Of a DNA stretch of 64,000 nucleotides, positions 57,833 to 64,000 are shown in pieces. The notes below the pieces were generated by a model, which worked only from the letters and a program-made list of their open reading frames with translations, was not told the origin of the DNA and ran no database searches. The translations under genes and the position numbers were made by a program. The stretch is taken from sequence record OU509535.1. One strand, 5' to 3'. The stretch's first letter is position 1; the number at the start of each line of letters is the position of its first letter.

Positions 57833-57857
57833 AAATCCCCACAAAAGTGGGGATTTT
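57833..57857 (+). terminator. Intrinsic terminator
   Basis: AAATCCCCAC-aaaa-GTGGGGATTT. Confidence 0.8.
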
Positions 57858-58081
57858 CCTTATATAAGGACAATGAGTATGCACCATTTATTTGAAGCTT
57901 TTTTGGATATTGTTACCTGTGTTATTCCATCTACTAAGAAAAGTACTATCATTTTTCTTGGTATTATCCTATTATTGACAATTGGCTATTTCCTCACTGC
58001 ATAAGGAGTTATAATGAAAAAATTAATCAGAGGTAGAATGACATTTCATTAAGTTAGTTTAACTTAATGGAGATCATATAC

Positions 58082-58630
58082 ATGTTTTTCAACCAAACTT
58101 TCGTTTTGTATCATGACAACGGTAATGTAGAAATTACTGATGATTTATTAAAAACAGTAAAGAAATATGGTGGTTCAGAAAAATTTCATAGTCTAATGAA
58201 ATTTAATTTAGGTTCTTTTGAAGAACGAAAAAGAAAGTATTATCGTCCTAACGGATATTTTGATTATGAATTCACAAATCATATAGGATTTTTTCTTTGT
58301 AATGAAAAAGGATTACTTATTTCTCCTGATTTATTTTATGGCGAATATGAAGTAATCTGGAATAAGTACTGGGAACAGAGAAATCACACTCGTACTATGC
58401 ATTTCAAACATAATAGATCATGGGTTCATAAACACAATAGCACTCGTTATAAACACCCGCAAACAATGAATGCTCGCAGAGCATCATGTGCAGTAATAAA
58501 AGAAGAAGGTGAACCTGAATTTCGAGGTAAACGAAAGGTACGTTCTATTCCAACGTTGTGGGATGATAAGAAAACTCGTCACAGTACCGGATGGAAGTAT
58601 AGTACAAAACGAAAACATCAATACAAATAA
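58082..58630 (+). CDS. Basic hypothetical protein
   Basis: GGAG SD before ATG58082; Arg/Lys/Trp-rich C-terminus. Confidence 0.75.
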   Translation: MFFNQTFVLYHDNGNVEITDDLLKTVKKYGGSEKFHSLMKFNLGSFEERKRKYYRPNGYFDYEFTNHIGFFLCNEKGLLISPDLFYGEYEVIWNKYWEQRNHTRTMHFKHNRSWVHKHNSTRYKHPQTMNARRASCAVIKEEGEPEFRGKRKVRSIPTLWDDKKTRHSTGWKYSTKRKHQYK

Positions 58631-58633
58631 TTC

Positions 58634-58662
58634 AAAAGGAGAACATTCACGTTCTCCTTTTT
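58634..58662 (+). terminator. Intrinsic terminator
   Basis: AAAAGGAGAAC-attcac-GTTCTCCTTTT; same stem as 47434. Confidence 0.75.
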
Positions 58663-58678
58663 CTATTGGACAATATCA

Positions 58679-59032
58679 ATGTCAAAATATAAAAAGAAAA
58701 TTTTATCAAAAATAATCCATACTGAATCACTTGAAGATGATAATTTGGATGATATTATTTCAGTACTATTACACTGGAAAGAACAATACCCAAATGAAGA
58801 ATTACGTGTTGAATATGGTTCTTGTGGTTTAGACCCTTATGGTGGATATGATGAATATTATATTATCCGTGATTGTTTAGAAACTGATGAAGAATTTAAT
58901 ACAAGAGTTCAGTACGAAGAAGATAAATTAAGAACTAAAGAACAAAAAGAAATGGAACGTTTATTAAGATGTAAAACTTTAAACGAATCAAACAAAGAAA
59001 AGTTAATCAAATATATCGAGAAATATAAATGA
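58679..59032 (+). CDS. Hypothetical protein
   Basis: 117 aa. Confidence 0.75.
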   Translation: MSKYKKKILSKIIHTESLEDDNLDDIISVLLHWKEQYPNEELRVEYGSCGLDPYGGYDEYYIIRDCLETDEEFNTRVQYEEDKLRTKEQKEMERLLRCKTLNESNKEKLIKYIEKYK

Positions 59033-59889
59033 ATCATATTACTGAAGAAAAAATTCTATATCACGCATTACATAATGGAACATTTACTTTACAAAGTTGT
59101 GATTATATTGGTCATACTCAGACATGTATTGATAATCTTTTGAAGTGTAAATTTCTTACATGGGAAACTAATAGTTTATGGAGTGATTATAAGCATAATG
59201 ATAGTTCTGAATATTATGACATAGCATTTCATCAGTATAAAATCACCGAAACAGGTGAAGTTCGTTTAGCCATTTATCGTTTAGCTTATGCACATAAGAA
59301 TCATAGAGATACTTCTAAACATACGAAAAGAATGGAACAATTAACAAAAGTATTGAAACAGTATTCTCTGGATATTGATAACTTCAAAAAGAATTGTACT
59401 AAAAATGAAGTGAAAGCAATTAATTATTATAAAGAAAACTATAATAAAACGGTTGATATTGAAGAAGCAAAAGCTGTCGGTGATGCATTAAAACAAGCTA
59501 TTCATCCAGTATTCAGTACTGAAAAAATTCAATCCAAAAATTCTCATCTAAATGATATTGATTTCGGTGATGTAGTACTTAATAATATGTTCCAAATGAG
59601 TTCTATGCTTGGTGAAAAAGGTTATGATAAATCCAGAACATGGGATTATGTTCTTCGTAAAATTAATGAAGAATTAGGTGAAATGACACTTGAAATGAAT
59701 GTAGCAGATGGGTTATCATATAAAGAAGCAGGGAAAGATGGCGTAAAAGGTGAAGCCGTTGATTTAGCAATTTGTGCTATGGATATGTTTGCGTTAGAAT
59801 GTCCTGGTATGAGTGCTGATGAAATTGAGCGTGAATTTTTAACATACATGAACATCAAACTAGCTAAATGGAGAAAATCAATACAATGA
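59029..59889 (+). CDS. Protein with C-terminal MazG-like NTP pyrophosphohydrolase domain
   Basis: KINEELGEM...EAVDLAICAMD (EExxE...ExxD). Confidence 0.65.
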   Translation: MNHITEEKILYHALHNGTFTLQSCDYIGHTQTCIDNLLKCKFLTWETNSLWSDYKHNDSSEYYDIAFHQYKITETGEVRLAIYRLAYAHKNHRDTSKHTKRMEQLTKVLKQYSLDIDNFKKNCTKNEVKAINYYKENYNKTVDIEEAKAVGDALKQAIHPVFSTEKIQSKNSHLNDIDFGDVVLNNMFQMSSMLGEKGYDKSRTWDYVLRKINEELGEMTLEMNVADGLSYKEAGKDGVKGEAVDLAICAMDMFALECPGMSADEIEREFLTYMNIKLAKWRKSIQ

Positions 59890-60188
59890 ATAAATTTATT
59901 TTTGGCATGGTCTTGATTGGTACAGTACTGTTAAGTGGTTGTGTTAGTTATTTTGAATGTGATACTTATACACAATACTTACCATTTAGTGCTAATGCAC
60001 CGGAAAATTGTTATCTTGTGAATAGTGAGATTACTGTCATTAATGGTATTCCTTCATTTGAATATATTTGCAATAAAGGAGAAGAATTACAAGAAGGTTC
60101 ATCTCGTTCTCAATATTTAACTGGTTCTACACCATATAAATGGCCGGTAAGTACTGAAGATATTATATTCATAGGTGGAAAAGAATAA
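59886..60188 (+). CDS. Putative lipoprotein
   Basis: ATGA overlap; lipobox LLSGC. Confidence 0.7.
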   Translation: MNKFIFGMVLIGTVLLSGCVSYFECDTYTQYLPFSANAPENCYLVNSEITVINGIPSFEYICNKGEELQEGSSRSQYLTGSTPYKWPVSTEDIIFIGGKE

Positions 60189-60562
60189 TGCGTAAAATTG
60201 ATTATGTAGCATTTTTATTAAAGGATGGTACAGTAATTGAAAAGCATATTATTCGTATGCCAGCGTATAATGAGAAGGGATGGTATAATAGTGTAGTTAG
60301 TATTGATGCATTCAACAATCGTGAGTCCGAACGATTTTATCAAATTAGATGTGTTAAAAAGAAACCACTTCTTGGTTTATTGTGTCATTTATATCGATTA
60401 ACTGAATGGGAACGTGATACACAGTTATCAACTAATCGTATGAAAAAATATGATCCTTCATATGAACATCCTTACAATTTAGTACCATGCATTGAGCATC
60501 AAAATGTGTTTGACTTTTATAAACACATCGGGTATGATTATAAAAAGAAGCGATACATTTAA
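60188..60562 (+). CDS. Hypothetical protein
   Basis: TAATG overlap, 124 aa. Confidence 0.75.
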   Translation: MRKIDYVAFLLKDGTVIEKHIIRMPAYNEKGWYNSVVSIDAFNNRESERFYQIRCVKKKPLLGLLCHLYRLTEWERDTQLSTNRMKKYDPSYEHPYNLVPCIEHQNVFDFYKHIGYDYKKKRYI

Positions 60563-60573
60563 AGGTAAATTTA

Positions 60574-61773
60574 ATGAAACTTTGTAAGCATTGCCAGAAA
60601 CCAAAATTCAAACATCAACGTGAAACACTGAATTGTCCAAGTCCAACTCGTTCATTGGCTGCGAATTTTAATAGTACAACTGTATATGATGAATATGAAT
60701 CCGATCCAGTACATTATGCTATTGCACAAGTACAATTGAAAGCTGATATTGCTGAAATTACTGCTGGTCTTGATGAACTTCTTGCTAAAGGTGATATTAA
60801 CGAACAGTCGTATAAAATGAATTTAGCAAATGCAACTGCTAATCTTACTCGTATTGCTGAAAATAGTAAACGCGAAGAATTTGAACCTAATGCAGTACTG
60901 TATGTTTCTTTTAACGATGTGGTGTATTTTTATGATGCACAATGGGAAGGAAATGCAGTACTAGAAGGTGAAAAAGCAGTAGAAGATTTATATTTTTCTG
61001 ATAAATTCAAAGAATATTATGATGCTGGTATTGTACCAGTATTAGAAGTGTTGGATAATGAAAGTACTGAAATGATTAAAGTAATTTATAATGCAGAACG
61101 TGCTGAATTTATTTCTGATATTAGTCGTGATAAACATTTGAAAGAAAAAGATACAAAACAAGAAGAAGTATCTTTATCTGATTTGAATAATGATGATTTT
61201 GTACTTCCATTGCATGATAAACAATGGGTACTAAATACTATTCGAAAAAATTCTGACGATGATTGTGATGTTGAAGAACTTGAATGTGCATTGAAAAGCT
61301 GTGATGGATCTATTGTTCTTGGTAAACCAGATACAGAAAACGATGGAACTTATCTAATGCTTGGTATGAAAACCAACGATGGTTTCCTTGAAAATGATTA
61401 CTGTCTTCTTGATAACATTTTGCTTAAAGATTGGAGTGTACTTGAAAATTCAGGGTTGATTGAAATTGGTACTTTTGAAAGCCACATTGACATTGATGAA
61501 AGCAAAAATAAAGGTATTACTACTTTTATGTCTGAAGTAATTGCACGTTCATTATTCAGTACTGAAGCATTGGATATGAAAAGTACGGGTGATTGTAAAG
61601 CATTCTTGAAATCAGAATACAATGTACAAAAAGCAAAACGCATCAAGAAAGAAAAATGGGGTAAAATTGAGTACCGAATCTTTGAAGATGATAATGGTGA
61701 ACAGTATACTATTGTCACTTACTGTGATAAGTTGATTTCACATTATCCATTTGCTTACAATGAGGATTATTAA
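60574..61773 (+). CDS. Acidic hypothetical protein with N-terminal CxxC...H...C
   Basis: 399 aa intact ORF. Confidence 0.8.
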   Translation: MKLCKHCQKPKFKHQRETLNCPSPTRSLAANFNSTTVYDEYESDPVHYAIAQVQLKADIAEITAGLDELLAKGDINEQSYKMNLANATANLTRIAENSKREEFEPNAVLYVSFNDVVYFYDAQWEGNAVLEGEKAVEDLYFSDKFKEYYDAGIVPVLEVLDNESTEMIKVIYNAERAEFISDISRDKHLKEKDTKQEEVSLSDLNNDDFVLPLHDKQWVLNTIRKNSDDDCDVEELECALKSCDGSIVLGKPDTENDGTYLMLGMKTNDGFLENDYCLLDNILLKDWSVLENSGLIEIGTFESHIDIDESKNKGITTFMSEVIARSLFSTEALDMKSTGDCKAFLKSEYNVQKAKRIKKEKWGKIEYRIFEDDNGEQYTIVTYCDKLISHYPFAYNEDY

Positions 61774-61991
61774 TGATCATCTATGCTGTTCAGGAAATTG
61801 ATTTTTATACTGAAGAATACGACAATCAAAAAATTCGTAAATTATTTTTAAATTTAGACGCTGCACTTAATTATGTAAAAACTACATATGATATTAAAAT
61901 TACTAACGTTAATACATGTAAAACATATATCGAAAATGATGAAGAACGTGGAGAAGTTTCCGTTGGTATTTATGAAATGAGTGTGTTATAA
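61773..61991 (+). CDS. Hypothetical protein
   Basis: TAATG overlap, 72 aa. Confidence 0.7.
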   Translation: MIIYAVQEIDFYTEEYDNQKIRKLFLNLDAALNYVKTTYDIKITNVNTCKTYIENDEERGEVSVGIYEMSVL

Positions 61992-61992
61992 T
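61984..61992 (+). promoter_or_regulatory. Extended -10 promoter
   Basis: TG-t-TATAAT. Confidence 0.5.
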
Positions 61993-62013
61993 TAAATAGT
62001 TTTTAACAAACAA

Positions 62014-62132
62014 GAAAGTACTGTCACCGTGCATCTGGGTAAAATCAGTATAAGTCCGTAAAGCACAATGCCAATACTCAACAATCTCCCTACTCCTTGA
62101 GATCTACCAAAGTTGAGGGTGGTAGTACTTTC
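62014..62132 (+). ncRNA. Candidate ~120-nt structured RNA
   Basis: 15-bp closing stem with two G-U pairs plus internal stems (see findings). Confidence 0.55.
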
Positions 62133-62142
62133 ACCTTTTTAG

Positions 62143-62394
62143 ATGAGAAACATTATGATTTTATTAATTATTACTACAGTACTGTTAGGATTATTCAATT
62201 GCTGGATTTATTCAAGAATTGAAAAGAAAGAAGGATATTGCTTTCATAGTACAAAAGATGGTCAATTGGTTTCAATGTTTAGTTTAGAAACCCCATCAAT
62301 TTGTAAATTCTTTATTCTTTTACAATTCATCCCGTTTGTTAATATTGTTTTCGCACTTTTATATTTCGTAGATATTCTTAATGGACATTTATAA
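62143..62394 (+). CDS. Small membrane protein
   Basis: Two hydrophobic segments. Confidence 0.65.
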   Translation: MRNIMILLIITTVLLGLFNCWIYSRIEKKEGYCFHSTKDGQLVSMFSLETPSICKFFILLQFIPFVNIVFALLYFVDILNGHL

Positions 62395-63050
62395 TGAATA
62401 TTAAAACAACCGCAGATAAGTACTGGTTCATTATGAACCACCCAAAGTTTTTAAATAAAAATTTCATCACACCAAAAATTGAAATTGAACCACATAACGT
62501 ATGTCCACAAACCAACAGAATTGAACCGTATGAATATTTGAATACAAAAGTCCAGTACTGGATTGAATTTTTTATCCCAGTACATGAGGATGGAAAGTGG
62601 GATATTGCACATGATTACAAACATGATTGTGGTGGTGATACAATAGATGAAGCAATTGACTGCTTATACAATTCAGTACTAAATGAATATGGAAATTATA
62701 CACAAGAAGAATTAGACAAAAAAGAAGATGAAGTATATGATTACAAAAAATTCAAGGTTGGTGGTGCAACAATGTCATATATTTTATCTAAAATTCATGA
62801 AGACCTGTTTGAATACGCAAATGATAAAATTGTAACAGATGAAGAAGCAGAACCCTATAATAACAACACAGTTGGTTATTATGAAAACAAAATTAAAGAA
62901 TTAAAAGGAACTTTAAATTCATTAATCGAATTCAAAAGAAATTCACCAAAAGAAATGCACAAAGTAATTGACAAAGACATAAAAAACGTAGAACATGACA
63001 TTTTTGCGAATGAAATGAGTATTAAATTTATGGTGGATTTGGATCTATGA
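62394..63050 (+). CDS. Hypothetical protein
   Basis: TAATG overlap, 218 aa. Confidence 0.75.
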   Translation: MNIKTTADKYWFIMNHPKFLNKNFITPKIEIEPHNVCPQTNRIEPYEYLNTKVQYWIEFFIPVHEDGKWDIAHDYKHDCGGDTIDEAIDCLYNSVLNEYGNYTQEELDKKEDEVYDYKKFKVGGATMSYILSKIHEDLFEYANDKIVTDEEAEPYNNNTVGYYENKIKELKGTLNSLIEFKRNSPKEMHKVIDKDIKNVEHDIFANEMSIKFMVDLDL

Positions 63051-63415
63051 ATAAAGATCTTTCAAAATTAGTTGAAGACCTGCGGCAGTTGCCGAAAGTT
63101 GAACAAGTTGGGTCGTTTAAACGTTTTTTGGTTATTGCACGTGCATTAGATAAAAAGGGACGTGTACTTAGTACCAAAACTAATTCATACACACAAACAC
63201 ATCCAGTACAGAAGAAGTTTGCAGTTAAGGCTGGACGGTGTGAAGCTGTATGGCTCCATGCAGAAATTCGTTGTTTGTTAGCTGCAAGAAAAGATGTTCA
63301 TACATTACTAATTGCCAGAATTAACAAAGAAGGTCTTCCTGTTCCCGCAAAGCCATGTTCTGTTTGTGAACTGGCTATAAAAGAATATGGTGTAAAAAGG
63401 GTGATTTATACATGA
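63047..63415 (+). CDS. Cytidine/dCMP-deaminase-fold protein
   Basis: HAEIRCL and PCSVC Zn motifs. Confidence 0.8.
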   Translation: MNKDLSKLVEDLRQLPKVEQVGSFKRFLVIARALDKKGRVLSTKTNSYTQTHPVQKKFAVKAGRCEAVWLHAEIRCLLAARKDVHTLLIARINKEGLPVPAKPCSVCELAIKEYGVKRVIYT

Positions 63416-63585
63416 AAAATATTTTTAAAAAAGAATATGATGGTGAAAGCCTTTGTGATATTCAACGAGATGTTGTTGAAGCATTCAGTACAGTATTCAA
63501 TCCAGAAATGATTGATATTCCAGTCGATGAATATGGATTCCAAGAAGGTACATTTGTTGTAAGTATTAAATGGAAGCCAGAATAA
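63412..63585 (+). CDS. Small phage protein (57 aa, not in ORF track)
   Basis: ATGA overlap; MKNIFKKEYDGESLCDIQRD...GFQEGTFVVSIKWKPE*. Confidence 0.7.
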   Translation: MKNIFKKEYDGESLCDIQRDVVEAFSTVFNPEMIDIPVDEYGFQEGTFVVSIKWKPE

Positions 63586-63713
63586 TGCGTGATCTTATTA
63601 TGTTCTTTTCTGCAATCATAGGACTATGTACTTATTATTTTTCCAATCATTATATTATAGCTATGGTATTTGCAATTATATATATTGCACTTTACAGTAC
63701 TGACGACGAATAA
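63585..63713 (+). CDS. Small two-TM protein (42 aa, not in ORF track)
   Basis: TAATG overlap; hydrophobic; ends at terminator. Confidence 0.55.
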   Translation: MRDLIMFFSAIIGLCTYYFSNHYIIAMVFAIIYIALYSTDDE

Positions 63714-63735
63714 AAGCACCCCAGTGGTGCTTTTT
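63712..63735 (+). terminator. Intrinsic terminator
   Basis: AAAAGCACC-ccagt-GGTGCTTTT. Confidence 0.8.
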
Positions 63736-63770
63736 GTATTTGTACAAAATATAATCTAAGTGACTTTTTA

Positions 63771-63812
63771 TTGATTTAAATCAAGAATAAAATCACCTTT
63801 TAGTGATATAAT
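63771..63812 (+). promoter_or_regulatory. FNR-box (class II) promoter of nrdD
   Basis: TTGAT-ttaa-ATCAA at 63771-63784; TG-a-TATAAT at 63804-63812; box centre at -41.5. Confidence 0.75.
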
Positions 63813-63867
63813 ATGTTACGTAGCATTTAAATAAATCTACCACATAATAAAAAATCAAGGAAGAAAA

Positions 63868-64000
63868 ATGAATTCAAATAAATTATATGAAGATATTGAA
63901 AATTTTATTAATAATACAAATAAAGATATTACTACTGAAAATGCTAATAAAGATGCCAAAGTAGTTAATACACATAGAGATTTATTTGCTGGTATCCTTT
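63868..64000 (+). CDS. nrdD: Anaerobic ribonucleoside-triphosphate reductase, N-terminus (truncated by window end)
   Basis: AAGGA SD; MNSNKLYEDIENFINNTNKDITTENANKDAKVVNTHRDLFAGIL matches T4-type NrdD start (NKD...ENANKD...RDL.AGI). Confidence 0.85.
   Translation, partial: MNSNKLYEDIENFINNTNKDITTENANKDAKVVNTHRDLFAGIL

Larger units (their letters stand above)
1..64000 (+). other. Jumbo bacteriophage genome segment (early/middle gene region)
   Basis: Very low GC, near-unidirectional dense short ORFs, T4-like enzymes (Rnl1, PseT, DNA ligase, dCMP deaminase, NrdD) plus NadV/NadM, ClpP, PhoH; no host housekeeping operons. Lineage is inferred. Confidence 0.9.

Noticed and set aside
16582-58715. 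Alternate-frame + strand ORFs (16582..16896, 31194..31400, 37171..37401, 47479..47718, 48448..48645, 49192..49422, 58509..58715)
   Set aside because: Wholly or largely nested in better-supported genes; the Thr/Val-rich 47479 ORF is the antisense of the Ig-like gene.
910-61718. Many short minus-strand ORFs in the track (e.g. 910..1260, 4885..5151, 14092..14403, 36939..37247, 50076..50624, 61398..61718)
   Set aside because: They lie antisense to longer, SD-bearing, tiled + strand genes; no RBS or motifs; typical shadow ORFs.
62014-62132. tRNA or hammerhead ribozyme call for the 62-kb element
   Set aside because: No anticodon/T-arm pattern or CCA end; no CUGAUGA/GAAA core.
1-64000. Stop-codon reassignment (alternative genetic code) as in some jumbo phages
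   Set aside because: Known enzymes translate full length in code 11, and TAA, TGA and TAG all terminate genes that tile tightly.

Overview
A 64-kb segment of a very AT-rich (roughly 28-30% GC by eye) lytic jumbo-phage-like genome. Genes are densely packed, almost all on the + strand, translationally coupled (ATGA/TAATG overlaps) and driven by sigma70-type promoters. By gene content it most resembles the enterobacterial ~350-kb myoviruses of the GAP32/RaK2/121Q type (inference, no search run). The left third (0.1-19.5 kb) is an accessory region of three tandem paralog families. The largest has about 25 proteins with unrelated-looking N-termini and a shared C-terminal E-E-x-x-F-Q-Y-S-T module, 19 of them consecutive. 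Recognisable genes: a Dam-type adenine methyltransferase, HD-domain alarmone hydrolase, RNA ligase 1 and polynucleotide kinase, Ser/Thr phosphatase, Pth2-like protein, ATP-dependent DNA ligase, ClpP, two deaminases, an NAD+ salvage pair (NadM-Nudix, NadV) with Sir2-like and Nudix neighbours, PIN-PhoH, two paralogous free-standing homing-endonuclease-like genes, a MazG-like domain, and the 5' end of nrdD (missing from the ORF track). Non-coding highlights: (i) the palindrome AGTACT is strongly over-represented across the window in all reading frames; (ii) a ~620-nt hairpin-rich intergenic element at 23.1-23.8 kb starts with CsrA-type GGA hairpins; (iii) a ~120-nt structured element lies at 62.0 kb; (iv) nadM and nadV share a two-hairpin leader with swapped stems; (v) a perfect FNR box sits at -41.5 of the nrdD promoter. 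No tRNA, rRNA, CRISPR array or integrase was seen.
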